From an uncultured virus (IMG/VR IMGVR_UViG_3300037067_008462) (Duplodnaviria > Heunggongvirae > Uroviricota > Caudoviricetes), in the IMG/VR virus record IMGVR_UViG_3300037067_008462: a stretch of DNA of 64,000 bases; one strand, written 5' to 3'. How positions within the stretch are numbered: the first letter of the stretch is position 1; each line of letters opens with the position of its first letter. Below the pieces are notes generated by a model. It had not been told where the DNA came from. It ran no database searches and saw nothing but the letters and a program-made list of their open reading frames with translations. Below, piece after piece: positions 27,985 through 39,700 of this stretch. A program made the translations under genes and the position numbers.

Positions 27985-28736
27985 TTGATTTCGAAAGAGG
28001 CGCTAAAACAACCGGAAGCAAATTCTATTTCAATACTGGTAAGACAGCATTGATAGAATGGAATCTTATCAATAAAATGATAGAATTTCACACAAAGAAT
28101 GGATATGAACTTGTTTTTCCTCCTCATCTTGTAAAAAAAGAAATAGGTGTTTACGCCGGACAGCTTCCTAAATTTGAAGGCGATTATTATTTAACTACCG
28201 ATAATCTTATGCTTATTCCTACCGCTGAAACAGCAATGGTTGGATATCATGCAAACGAAATTATAGAAGTTCCCAAAAAATATGTAGCAGTATCTCCATG
28301 TTTCAGAAGAGAATGTGGTTCTTATGGGGTTAGAGATAAGGGACTAAGGCGCGTTCATCAATTCAACAAAGTAGAGTTGTTTAGAATAGAGAAACAAGGT
28401 ATTCAAGACGAAATCTTAGATCTTATGATAACTGAAGTAACTACATTACTTAAAGAATTAGGTGTAAATAATATTAGAACTATGGAGTTGAACGAAAAAG
28501 ATAGAAGCGGGGGCGCTCTACGAACAATAGATGTTGAAATACAGTTACCTTCAACGGGTGAATGGCTAGAGGTTTCTTCTATCAGTTGGACTGGTGAAAA
28601 TCAATCGAAACCTGCCTTGATTAGATATAGAGAAGGCAATAAAAATCTAAAGTGCCATTTGTTTAATGGATCGGGAGTTGCATTGCCTAGATTGATGTTA
28701 GTATTATTGGAGTTACAAACAAATGATAACTTTTAA
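27981..28736 (+). CDS. serS: Seryl-tRNA synthetase catalytic core only (no N-terminal coiled-coil arm)
   Basis: DFERGAKTTGSKF, GQLPKF, LIPTAE, motif 2 CFRREcGSYG.RDKGLRRVHQFNKVE, LEVSSIS, motif 3 NGSGVALPR; only 251 aa. Confidence 0.88.
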   Translation: MIDFERGAKTTGSKFYFNTGKTALIEWNLINKMIEFHTKNGYELVFPPHLVKKEIGVYAGQLPKFEGDYYLTTDNLMLIPTAETAMVGYHANEIIEVPKKYVAVSPCFRRECGSYGVRDKGLRRVHQFNKVELFRIEKQGIQDEILDLMITEVTTLLKELGVNNIRTMELNEKDRSGGALRTIDVEIQLPSTGEWLEVSSISWTGENQSKPALIRYREGNKNLKCHLFNGSGVALPRLMLVLLELQTNDNF

Positions 28737-29679
28737 TTTAGCAGAAAATGGTGAACCAGAAGAAGAACTTTTTCCAAAGTTCGAGGCTAGATTCAATCAA
28801 ACTAGTCCAGAGGGTTGTTGGTGTAAAGGTAGAGTGGATGTTGTTCAGATTAATCAAGACGGAGAACAAATCTTAGGTTCTTATGAAAGGAATTATGGTG
28901 GCGCTCCGTTTTTCGCCTTTAAAAAGGGTGAAAGATGGTTTGCTCTATATTCTACTGATTATACAGCTACTAGAATTATGGAAATTTTTCCTGGTCAAGG
29001 TTTTAAAGATCTCGGAGGAGAAGAAAAAACAACTTGGGGGTTTTGTCCTGTTGCATATCACGTTCCAAAAGTTAAGAGTTTTTTTAGTACTAAATTATGG
29101 AAAGATCAAATTAACAAATGGCAAGCCATTATAGAAAAAGGCGGGGATGGTTATTGGACAATAAAAGAGGCAACCCGTAGAAAAGGTTGGAGTGAAACAG
29201 AAAAGGAAGAATTCGAACAATATAAATCTCTTTGCGATATTGGTTATTGGCATGATGATGAAGAAGAGGATCAATCCGGTTTTCTCTATCTTCCCCCCAA
29301 ATATGCTTTGATTATTGGTTGCGTCTGGGGGGATGATAGCGATTGGAAGATCCAAATTATCGATCTACATGATTGTGAGAACGGTAATATTACTCGTTCG
29401 GATAGAATGGGATACATTCCGTTTTGGGGCAAACTAAGCGACATTGAGGATGTTGATGTAGATGGTGGATTGAAAGAATGGTTTACGGAAGACAAACCAG
29501 ACCTCTATTTTGAATTTCCAGCATTAATTCATAGTAACTTTGCTGACGGAGAGATAGAAGCGATTACATTTAAAAATCATTCAGATAAGAAAAAGATAAA
29601 ACAACTAAAAGAAGAAATAGAGAGATTGAAGTCTCTCATTCCTGATTACAAAGAACCAGAATGCGAGAAATCAACTTGA
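28723..29679 (+). CDS. Hypothetical protein
   Basis: 318 aa ORF with GGAG RBS. Confidence 0.65.
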   Translation: MITFNLAENGEPEEELFPKFEARFNQTSPEGCWCKGRVDVVQINQDGEQILGSYERNYGGAPFFAFKKGERWFALYSTDYTATRIMEIFPGQGFKDLGGEEKTTWGFCPVAYHVPKVKSFFSTKLWKDQINKWQAIIEKGGDGYWTIKEATRRKGWSETEKEEFEQYKSLCDIGYWHDDEEEDQSGFLYLPPKYALIIGCVWGDDSDWKIQIIDLHDCENGNITRSDRMGYIPFWGKLSDIEDVDVDGGLKEWFTEDKPDLYFEFPALIHSNFADGEIEAITFKNHSDKKKIKQLKEEIERLKSLIPDYKEPECEKST

Positions 29680-29966
29680 AGATCAAAATAGGCAGTTGCC
29701 TTGAAAGATTCAAACAATGGTGGGGATGTAATAGATGGAAGATATCTTGGTATTACATATTTGGAATAATAAGGACTGGTTTACTTATATGGGAAGGAGT
29801 AGGAATAGATAAAAGAATATGTCCGGTATGTGACGGAAAAGGATGGCTATGGGGACATCATACTTGGTATCCTCCGCATCACATTTGTCATTTATGTGAC
29901 GGGAAAAGAATTATCAGTCAAGAGAAATATATAGATTATTTTAAAAAGTATTTCGGATCTAAATAG
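29661..29966 (+). CDS. Small protein with DnaJ-like CxxCxGxG zinc motifs
   Basis: CPVCDGKG and CHLCDGK. Confidence 0.6.
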   Translation: MREINLKIKIGSCLERFKQWWGCNRWKISWYYIFGIIRTGLLIWEGVGIDKRICPVCDGKGWLWGHHTWYPPHHICHLCDGKRIISQEKYIDYFKKYFGSK

Positions 29967-29997
29967 CTAACTCCGTATTACTATCGTTTCAGGACCG

Positions 29998-30023
29998 ACC
30001 CCGCAGAAATGCGGGGTTTTTTT
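29998..30023 (+). terminator. Rho-independent terminator
   Basis: ACCCCGCA-GAAA-TGCGGGGT followed by a T run. Confidence 0.9.
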
Positions 30024-30045
30024 GTGATTAGGGTATGATCTTTCT

Positions 30046-30207
30046 ATGATCAATAAAGAAATCAGAATTGGTTATAGCAAAGACCACAAACAATTTTTAT
30101 GGACCGTTTGCGACTTTTATGGAGATATCCTAGACGAAGGTTTATCTCCTGACATTCGAGAAGCATTTGAGTCTGCTTTATATATTTACGAGGACGATGA
30201 AATTTGA
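30046..30207 (+). CDS. Hypothetical 53 aa protein, probably leaderless
   Basis: ATG lies 6 nt after GGG-TATGAT; MINKEIRIGY...; overlaps the next start. Confidence 0.5.
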   Translation: MINKEIRIGYSKDHKQFLWTVCDFYGDILDEGLSPDIREAFESALYIYEDDEI

Positions 30208-30698
30208 AACTTTTAGTAGAAACAATTCCAGATAGATCTTGGAGCTATCAGGACATTCTAACGTGGCTCTGGCAAATTAGAGACACTTGGAATATTAAAG
30301 ATATCAATGCTCATGATCCTAAAGAGATTAGAAGTCACCTAAAAAAGAGTGAAGTTCTTGAGTTTATAAATGAAAACTTTGAATGTCCAAATGCACCTAA
30401 AAAAGAAAATGAGATAGAGGTTCCAAAATGGGACTGTTATGATGTCGTCTATATAGGGGAAGGAGATCTTTACAAGTTAGTTAAGGGAAAAGATATCTTT
30501 GTCTTTGTTAAGGGATTATCTTATACGTTTTATGATCAAGAGGCTCCCTTATTGTTAGATATGTTAACAACCCATAAGGAAATTTTTGCAGTTAAGGGAA
30601 GAAACTATTATTCTCATGAGACTCAAATTATAGATGTTGCCAGGAAGGTTAAAAAGAGGATGGGTGGTCCTCCAGAAAAATTCTTCACTATATTTTAA
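30204..30698 (+). CDS. Hypothetical protein
   Basis: 164 aa ORF. Confidence 0.6.
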   Translation: MKLLVETIPDRSWSYQDILTWLWQIRDTWNIKDINAHDPKEIRSHLKKSEVLEFINENFECPNAPKKENEIEVPKWDCYDVVYIGEGDLYKLVKGKDIFVFVKGLSYTFYDQEAPLLLDMLTTHKEIFAVKGRNYYSHETQIIDVARKVKKRMGGPPEKFFTIF

Positions 30699-30708
30699 AG
30701 GACAATAA

Positions 30709-31086
30709 TTGCAAAATCGTAAATGCTCAAAATGCGGACAATGTAAACCAACCAAAGAATTTTTTAAAGATATATGTAAAAAATGTTATTTTAAAGATAG
30801 AGTAATAAGCAAGAGACATCACAATCTTGAAAGAGTATACAATTATCTTTTAGTGCATCCTTGTGTAGACTGCGGAGAATCTAATCCAATTATATTAGAA
30901 TTCGATCATATAAACGGTAATAAAAGCTTCACAATAGGTTCTCATCTGCATTATGATTGGGGAAAAATAGAGCGGGAAATCAATAAATGCGAAGTTCGAT
31001 GCGCCAATTGTCATAAGTTGAGACATGCTAGAAAAGAAAATTGGGGGATAGTAAGATTGGTTGAAGGAACAAAAGAAAGCCCATAA
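30709..31086 (+). CDS. HNH endonuclease
   Basis: CVDCGE...LEFDH...KCEVRCANCH..RH. Confidence 0.85.
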   Translation: MQNRKCSKCGQCKPTKEFFKDICKKCYFKDRVISKRHHNLERVYNYLLVHPCVDCGESNPIILEFDHINGNKSFTIGSHLHYDWGKIEREINKCEVRCANCHKLRHARKENWGIVRLVEGTKESP

Positions 31087-31146
31087 ACCAAACTCTATCT
31101 TTGGACTTTTAGGGTAAAATCTTTATATCTTATATAAGGTGTTAAG

Positions 31147-31506
31147 ATGATAACTACCACGGCTTTTAACGCAAACAATCTAATAGGTTCTATCAACGAT
31201 CTTGTAACCCGCAATAGGCTTCGCTCTATCCATGTTCAGAGTGAAGCAGGTGAAACCTCAATTAAGGTAATAATACCTAACGATCAAAAGTGTATTATTT
31301 ATAAGATTTTTGAATCTTCAACGAAAAGCGATGCAACCTTACAGGTAAAATACGGAAGTGCTGTTGTTTGGAAAGCTGAAGTTGATACTGCTTACAAAGA
31401 GATTGATTTCGTTTTTCCTGCTGCTGACGGACTGAACGTAGAGGTAGAGTTGGTTGTTGATGGTGTGGGTTCTTATTTAACTGTCGTATATGAAATCAAA
31501 CACTAG
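31147..31506 (+). CDS. Small beta-rich protein, possible virion component
   Basis: AAGGTG RBS; first gene after a GGG-TAAAAT box preceding the head-tail module. Confidence 0.5.
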   Translation: MITTTAFNANNLIGSINDLVTRNRLRSIHVQSEAGETSIKVIIPNDQKCIIYKIFESSTKSDATLQVKYGSAVVWKAEVDTAYKEIDFVFPAADGLNVEVELVVDGVGSYLTVVYEIKH

Positions 31507-31544
31507 GAGTTAGAAATGAATCCACCGAATGATGGAGGTTATCG

Positions 31545-31754
31545 ATGGCCTCCATACACAAAGAAAAGGAAGTTTATATAATCTATCATCCACTAGACGA
31601 TCCTAATCCTTCCCCAAAGATTGATTTGGATAAACTAGGTCCAATGAAGTTAACAATTGGTGTAAAAATATTATTGACTGTATTGAAATTTTATTTGATT
31701 GCTATGGTTGTATGTGTTTTGTACAGAATCCTATGTTTTGCTGGAATAATATGA
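31545..31754 (+). CDS. Small membrane protein
   Basis: GGAGG RBS; C-terminal hydrophobic helix. Confidence 0.55.
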   Translation: MASIHKEKEVYIIYHPLDDPNPSPKIDLDKLGPMKLTIGVKILLTVLKFYLIAMVVCVLYRILCFAGII

Positions 31755-31855
31755 AAGTTGAAAAATGTGATATTCTGTGTATTAATTGTCATAGAATAGA
31801 AACCGCTAAAAAACAAAATCATTATATGTTACAATTAATGATGGAGGGGAATTAA
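31751..31855 (+). pseudogene. HNH endonuclease C-terminal remnant
   Basis: MKVEKCDILCINCHRIET matches the tail of the 30709 HNH (KCEVRCANCH). Confidence 0.55.
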
Positions 31856-31857
31856 AC

Positions 31858-32586
31858 ATGACTCTTGTTCAAATTAATCTCTTTATTCCTCAAAAACATG
31901 GACAAGACCAAATTCTATCTAGAAGTAAGATTGATTATTGCACAATAGATCAAGTTAAACAGTATTTGTATTACTTAGATCTTAACCTGCACGGTATTTC
32001 CGGAGATCCCGACGATGAAATTCGTCAAACTATGTCTTCAGTTAAAAGTCAAGTTAGCGGATGGTGTAAGACTGAATACGATTATATAAGAAGATTAGAA
32101 TGGGTTGACGGTAAAGCTCGGGACTTAATTATGTTACGTTTTTATCCTGTTGTGGAAGTAGAATATATTAGAGCTTACAATATCGACTATCAGCAATACT
32201 TCCAGTATCCCGGTGACGAGATGATTGTGAATACTCGTATTGGGTCTGTTCAGTTTCCCCCACTCTATATTATTAGTAACCCCTATAAGGCTATTGGGGC
32301 TACATTAAGTGGTTTTACATTCTTCCCTGGCAAAAAGAATATTGGTGTTGTTTATACTAGCGGTTTCATGGATAACGAAATTCCTATCGACTTCTCCGAT
32401 GCTTGTGCAAAATGGACGGCTGCTCAATTACTACAAATTGCAGAATTAAGACTTGGAGAAGGAATGAGACAAAGAGTAGTGTCGGGGGTTCAAGAAACCT
32501 TTGGATCGTATGGTCAGATGGCTCAGGTATGGAAAGAAGAAGCAAAACAGGCTTTGCTTAGATATCGTAGAGTTGAAATATTTTAA
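31858..32586 (+). CDS. Head-tail adaptor (gp6/gp15-like)
   Basis: YCTIDQVKQYL...VVYTSGF..IPIDF..AC...LLRYRR pattern. Confidence 0.75.
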   Translation: MTLVQINLFIPQKHGQDQILSRSKIDYCTIDQVKQYLYYLDLNLHGISGDPDDEIRQTMSSVKSQVSGWCKTEYDYIRRLEWVDGKARDLIMLRFYPVVEVEYIRAYNIDYQQYFQYPGDEMIVNTRIGSVQFPPLYIISNPYKAIGATLSGFTFFPGKKNIGVVYTSGFMDNEIPIDFSDACAKWTAAQLLQIAELRLGEGMRQRVVSGVQETFGSYGQMAQVWKEEAKQALLRYRRVEIF

Positions 32587-32642
32587 GTTTTTAATTGATA
32601 ATATGAAAGTAGATCCAAAATAATTTGGTTGGTAACCCGTAG

Positions 32643-33239
32643 ATGATTACAAGAAATTTTAATTTTAAATATACCAATAGTTCAGAGGGTCAAACCTTTA
32701 ATGTTGCTGATACTGATACATCCACTACACCGGTAGTTCAGAGAGGACAAAAACTCACTCTATTTTCTACTCGTTTATATGATGTTAGATGGGCTGCTAG
32801 AAGACTATTAAGATTATGTAATAGAAGAGGAATTCCTTGTTTTTATTTTTCGTCATTTTATTCAAATCCAGATAGAGTGGATCATGTAACGGGTTCTGTC
32901 TTTCTGGGTGGTACTGAAGCCGAAAGGGACTTCAGAGCTTATCGTAAACCAGAAGAAGCCAATATGAGAATTGGTTATATGTCACCCATATTTATTAAAG
33001 TGCTTCATCCTAATTATACAACTTCTGTGCAAGAGGACGAGAAAGGTCAAACTTTAATAGAAGAAGCAGAAATAACTCTCCCGATGATCGCTCTTTTTAA
33101 GAGATGGGATAGATTCAAGATTTTAGATAAAAATTATATTGCTGTTAGTGAAGCTAAACTGGTCTACGACAATAAAGGGTTTGTCGAAGGTCAAAAAATC
33201 ACAATAAGATCATTGAGACCAAGCGTTATAGAGACATAA
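32643..33239 (+). CDS. Probable head closure/neck protein
   Basis: Position; LFKRWDRFKI...Y beta-barrel-like C-terminus. Confidence 0.55.
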   Translation: MITRNFNFKYTNSSEGQTFNVADTDTSTTPVVQRGQKLTLFSTRLYDVRWAARRLLRLCNRRGIPCFYFSSFYSNPDRVDHVTGSVFLGGTEAERDFRAYRKPEEANMRIGYMSPIFIKVLHPNYTTSVQEDEKGQTLIEEAEITLPMIALFKRWDRFKILDKNYIAVSEAKLVYDNKGFVEGQKITIRSLRPSVIET

Positions 33240-33242
33240 AAT

Positions 33243-33788
33243 ATGATCGATATTTCATTTATGGATCAAGTTAAAAGTAATATTTATAAAGCTTCAATTT
33301 CATTAAAGATCGGGGGTATAATAACTTCAGCGATCCTTCAAGCTAAACTAGATTCTTATCTTCAGAACAATCATTTCCGTGCCACCATTAATGATATTTC
33401 AGACATGACTCTATTTAAACTTAGAAACTATGTTCACCATCATTATGACGAAGACAAAGAATTGATGGTTTATAAACAGCCTGAAATTGGTGTTGAAAAT
33501 GATTTCAGCTTCACATTTTTTGGTAACGAAGAGTATGATCAGCATGTATTTGATAGATACTTAGAGAGGGGTATGATTTATACAAGTAAAGATACGAGGA
33601 TTATTCCATCCCCTAAAGAAGAAGCTAAAGCTCAAGGATTACTCTTTAGAACTTCGAGGGGTCAAATTATTAGAGGAGATAACTTCATAGATGATTTTAT
33701 TAATGAAGAGATGAAATTAAACACTCCGAGTATTCTGAGAGCTTATCAGATAGACGTTGAAAGGTTTATGACAGCTAATAAAAAGTAG
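33243..33788 (+). CDS. Probable neck/tail completion protein
   Basis: Position; YLERG...I motif. Confidence 0.45.
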   Translation: MIDISFMDQVKSNIYKASISLKIGGIITSAILQAKLDSYLQNNHFRATINDISDMTLFKLRNYVHHHYDEDKELMVYKQPEIGVENDFSFTFFGNEEYDQHVFDRYLERGMIYTSKDTRIIPSPKEEAKAQGLLFRTSRGQIIRGDNFIDDFINEEMKLNTPSILRAYQIDVERFMTANKK

Positions 33789-33797
33789 AGTTTATAT

Positions 33798-36700
33798 ATG
33801 CCACTTCAGAAAATAACTTTCGGTGAAGGCTCCAATGTAACAGCGTTATGTTTAAACAACATGACTACGGCATTCACCAACTATATTGCTTCACACGAAC
33901 ATGACGGGGAAGAAGCTCCATTTATAGATGCGAGATATGTAAGTATCAGCGGCTTGGATGTTAACCCTTACAATATTACGCTTTACGATCACGCACACGA
34001 CTATTCGATCCATTCATATACAGATCCAGCTTCAACCAACAATATCAAATCCGATAAATTAAGTGAATCTGATTATGTAGAAATTAATTTGGTTAGTGAT
34101 TGTAGCGATTGGTCGTTTAACGGTTTATATTGGGAAACTTACGTTCAACTCTCACAGCCTTATTCTGAAGACTACACCGTACAAATTCAACCGGTTTATA
34201 GTGGAGACTATGTAAACTTCTTTGAAAATTTGAACTCAGCAGCTAACCTTGCTAACCTCGATGGTATAGTTCCATTAAACAACTCTCTATTGAACATACA
34301 CCTGATTCCTTGTAATCTAAACTCTAACGGATTCAGTATTCGTTTGTACGCCATTGGTAAAGGTACGCGACATCAATTAGTTTCATACGACGAAAGTTCT
34401 TTTGCAAACAAGAGAAAAGTTTATATGGGAGAGGATATCTCTCTTCCTATCGCTGGTAATCTAACAGCGGGAGAATTTCAACTTCCTTATAAAGGAGGAT
34501 TTTCATATCTTCCAAGCACAGGCTCTATCTCTATTCCTGTAGAGATAATGTTAAATATTTCAGCTACAGTAACAGCAAATAGAAAAGAGATTATTGTAGG
34601 AGAGAATGTTCAAGCCTTACCGTTTAATATTGGATTTAATGAGTTTTATGCTTTCTCCGCACGACTTCTAGCTGGCTATCGCGCCAATAGTGACATTTCT
34701 TATGAAGAAATGCGTAATATGGGATTTATTTCCAATGATGACATTCAAAACTTAATGAATCATGGTACTCAATCCCTGACAGAACAACAGCAGAAAAATC
34801 TTTCCTTTGAAAGTGAAAACGAAATTTCTTATAGACAAAGATCTTTCACGGTTATTGATCGTTACAGTCAATCCTCTTTTGGAGGCGACCTCCTAGATCT
34901 TCGTAAAAGCTCAAAAGCTGACCTATATTATGTTCAGATTGTAGAAACTGAAATCAATGCTTCCGGAGGTAGTGTTGGAGCGGTACCAAAAACTCGTAGA
35001 TTTATGGTCCCTCTTAAAAATGTACAAGTTGTTGGTAGCGATGTAGTTAAAATTAGAATTGCAGGTGGAAACTTGGTTCCAAGATCGGTAGATGGTTTTG
35101 GAAACATTGAATACACCAACGTTTTCTTACAGGGTGATTATGAAGTAATTGATGATGAAAATATTATTATAAGAAATTCAACCTTCAACGGTATCTCTGC
35201 TGCTAACCTTTATTATGAACCAGCCGAAGATACTTTTATTACCCTCCTAGAAGGGAACGAAGTTCTAGCTCAAGATTTTCCTGTTTCTATTAATTTTGAC
35301 GCTCAAAAATTCATGCCCGAGAATCTTCCTCTCACTCTATCTACCTATCAAGCAGGAGAAACAATATCATATAGATCATCGGATGCATATCTGATAAAAG
35401 AATATCCGAATCTAAACGAAGTCTATAAGAACTGGAAATCAGACTGGATTTTCGCTAAAAAGGGAAGTAGAGGATCTCTTTGCACACGCGTTAAGATTCG
35501 CCCAAGGTTCTTTAATATCAACGAGGGTACTTCGTTTATTATTCCTGGCAAGACATATATTAGAAACAAGAAAAACATTATTCTAATGAAAGAAGATCTT
35601 GTTGCCAATTATTCAGGATCTCAAGATCGCTTCATTATGAAACCGGGATTAAAGACAAACATTAACAAATCCGAATGCTATAAGGCTCTCAACCAACTGA
35701 GCTATCAAAAATCGGACTATTCCAGCCACTTTTATACTTATTTGAAATGGCCTTTAAGTGATGGAACATACAGTGAAGCATACGCCGAAGTTTTAAATAA
35801 CACAATCATCAACTATCTGGTTAATGATGTATTAACGTTTTCTAAAAACAAATATATCGATAGATATCGTATTGGTAAACGATTCGATGCTACCTTTAAG
35901 AACTATACTACAGTAACTGGTACTCTTTATAGCTACCTAGATGACAATGACGAGAGAGTTTATTATATCAAAACAAAAGATCAACCGTCATCTTCTATTC
36001 TCACAAGTGGTTTGGTACCATCAAGTCACTCAAAAGTAAAAATCCTGTTATCTAAATCTTCGTATCTAAATTATATCAATTCACCTTTTACGGCTGAAGA
36101 TGTTGTTGCAAAGTTCAATGGATTGGATGACTCCGGATTAACAACCGGTCCATTTAATGATCTGATCGAAACAATCGCTACGATTAAATCTGTTACACAA
36201 AACAGTGATGGTTCTTGGAATATAAATCTTTATAGTCCAGCAGACGTAACTGGATTAATAACTTGGGATGACGTTGCTTATTTAGATAGAGTCTTGAATA
36301 GTGATCTGTTCCCGGCTGATGTCGTAAACATCGGTGGAGAACCAATCTTTTTATACAAAAATCCAAAGAAGCCAACATTATTAAAAAGAACATATTGTGA
36401 ACTTGCAGCTAAAGCTACAGTAAATGAAATATCCAAGATTACTACGAATGATTATCGAGGTATTTCTTACGGCTTTGATTTATTTAAAGAGGATGCAACC
36501 GCCGATACAGTAGAACATTATCTGTACATAGGTTACGATACTCCATTCAACTATATTTCTTTCGTAATGGAACATGCTCTTGATGCCAGTTTGCTTAAAT
36601 CTACTACCGATATCACTTATGAATATTTGTCGGAAGGTGGCGCTTGGACTGCGCTTTCGCTTTTAAGTTCTGACGGAAACTCAAACGTTTTTTGGGATCA

Positions 36701-39700
36701 ACATCCCAACCTAACCTCTTATAATACCAACAATTTAGCAACCATCGTATTTCAGAGACCATCTATCTATAAGGGAACTAATAAGTGGGTCTTTAGTACA
36801 ATCCCAGAAAGTCCTAGTGATAGCAAATATTGGGTGAGAATGAGGGTTCAAACCAAAACACATTCTACCTTAAGTTTTGCTGACAGAAAAGAATTGTATC
36901 CATCGTTCCGTCAAACATTAATAGGCTCTATCTCTGAAGGAGAAATCTTAATTCGTCTAGCTTCACCAGCAGCAATAACAATTTCAGGTTCACCTTCATA
37001 TACAATAGAAATTGATCCAGCTTATGCTACTACAATTAATTGGGACTATATCAAAGAAGGAGACATGGTTTCATGGCAAGATAGTGTTACGGGAGCATAT
37101 CATTCGGCTATCATTCGTACTCCTGTAGATGGTAGCCCTAGCTCTGTTACTATTGATCTTAAATCTGAAGGTAATGCCGTTGATGGAACCGCCAGTGAAC
37201 TACATATTCGTAGGAATCCTTTCTCATATTTAAGAAACATCAATTTCTCTACTGATCGTCATATTAATACACAAATCACTAGAGAAAACAAGTGGAATCC
37301 ATTTGAACCATACAGTACTGCCGGTTTTAATAGAAGTCCAGCTTATTCTATAAAGAAACAACAATGGCTTCTGTTTAGCGATGATACAGAACCAGATTAT
37401 ACCAATATTACGGTTGAAGGAATTCGCAACTGTTTTGATAACTATCATGGAACAAGAAGTTCAGTAGATGTAGATAAATTCTTTTTTGACATAGAAGGTG
37501 TAATATACGATACACTTCCGGTTGTAGAATCGGACAGAATCGATGACATTATTGATATTGACGATGATTTCAAAATCAATCAAAAGCTATGGGTTAATCT
37601 TTTTGCACCACCCAACTCTCCTTCTGATGACAAGGAGATGTATTTCTTTGTATGCAAGCCGGTAAACGAAGATAGATATTATCTTGCAACGGTTTCTAAT
37701 GACTCATCTCTTATTCCAACAAGAGAAGAATTGCTCTCCACTTGGCTTATGGGAACCTTTGCCGATAAATATGCATATATTTGGAATGAAAACTTTCCTA
37801 TTTTAACTAGAAATCTTCCTTATACTCTTCCTTCTGGTTCACCAGACTCTCTATCTTTTGTGAGAGATGAAGCTGGTCTAGATTTCAATCAAAGAGTTGA
37901 AGCATATCATAAAGGAAAGATAGAGTCTTTTGGAGGGAAAGATGTTATAGGTTTCACCTTCGATACTAACGACATTTTTGACTCTTACGATGTGACTCGT
38001 CCTACATTCACCGGTCTTGCTTTTACTCCATCGATGCAAATCTGGCCTTACGCGGCTGGTTCTGAAATTACGTTACCTAATGGTGGATATTATTCTATAG
38101 TTCTACCTATCAATATTGTAACTTTTGGAGATATATTTAAAAACTACTATCCCGGTGTTGGTGGCAATCCTGCTTTTTATTATTCAGATCCACGTGCCAT
38201 ATTAACAAAGGAATATGGAATTAGCAGTTCAGCTTATCGTGTTAATCTTCTAGAATTTATATCTGGAACATATAAACAGGTTGAAGATGTTGAAAAATTG
38301 TCTGATTCTTATGATATCATTTTAAACGGAACTAATACTGATGTTAAAAGAGTTTTGAGTGATCAGTATGACGAATGTGCTGTTTTAATTGACACAACCG
38401 ATAATTATCTTGATACCAACATAATTTATGGTAGAACCAATGATCCAGTTTCTACTGTAAAACATCTCTATAATATGATTGATGTCCTTGTTCCCAAGTT
38501 TGGCGTCAGTCGTAAAACTGTCGATCTAGGTAAAAATAAAGAACAAGATGCTACACCTGAGTTCCAGGTTCCTGTCCAATACACACTGACACTAAAAGAT
38601 GATGCCGACTCAAGCACTAAAACACTTCAAGATGTAGATTTTGGTTTAGGTAATGGTTTATATTGTTTCACTGTACCACTACAAAACATTAAACATTATC
38701 ATCCTTTACTTGAAGGAAAATATTACGGAATCGATGCAAAAAGATCTGATTCTTATATAGATGTAGATAATCTTTTTGATCCTGCCGGTTCTCCCGATAG
38801 TTCGGTAACTAACTGTTATGAAATTGCAGCCAAAAGAGATTATTCAAACCCAGAAAATACTTTAATTTGGACTTTTGCTAACTTTAACGGTAATAGTGCT
38901 ATTCATATAGCCAATTGGGGTTATCACGCTTATTACAATTTAGGTCATACTCCTCTTCCCACAAAAACTAAAATTTTCAATTGGGGAATTCTTGATAAGT
39001 TTGTAGCAGCGGGAGATTACGATGGAGTTAGTCGTCCATACTACGAATACAACAAAGTCAAAAGCGAAGAAACGCTGATAGACTTCCTTCAGGGATCGAG
39101 CGTATTTTTAAGAAGTTATCGTTACGATATGTGGGATGACACTAACAGTTGGAAAAATCCCTCATATACAGAATGTGCCGATGAAAGATTTATTGGTGTT
39201 ATCGATAAAGTAGAAAAACTTCCCTTCTCTAAAGGCGCAGCTTCTATTTTAACTAACTTCGCTACTTTATCATTTAAAGATGGAGAAACAACCAACCTAA
39301 CAGATCTTTCTCCGACTTCTTTCTCTACCGACAACATTGTATCAAGAGAAATCGATCCTCCTTCAATAACCGAAGATGGTTCACTTTATATCATCCAAGA
39401 GGGAGCTACAGGAGAATGGAATGGCTCTCCGGATTCTTATATTGGTTATATCGCTGAATCCGTTTATCCTTCCGGTACGTGGATATATCACGAACCAGAA
39501 AGGGGCTGGCGTTGTTATGTAGAAGCAGAAGAAGCTTGGTATGTTTATACCGGTACATTCTGGACTAAAGATTATTCGGTAGGAAATCAAACTATCCCTG
39601 ACACCGCCGAGTATCTTCTGTTCTTCAGGGGAGACGGCAATTCAATTTGGCAAACTTCTGAAGATCTAAATAACCAATATTCCGAAGGCGGCATTATTGA

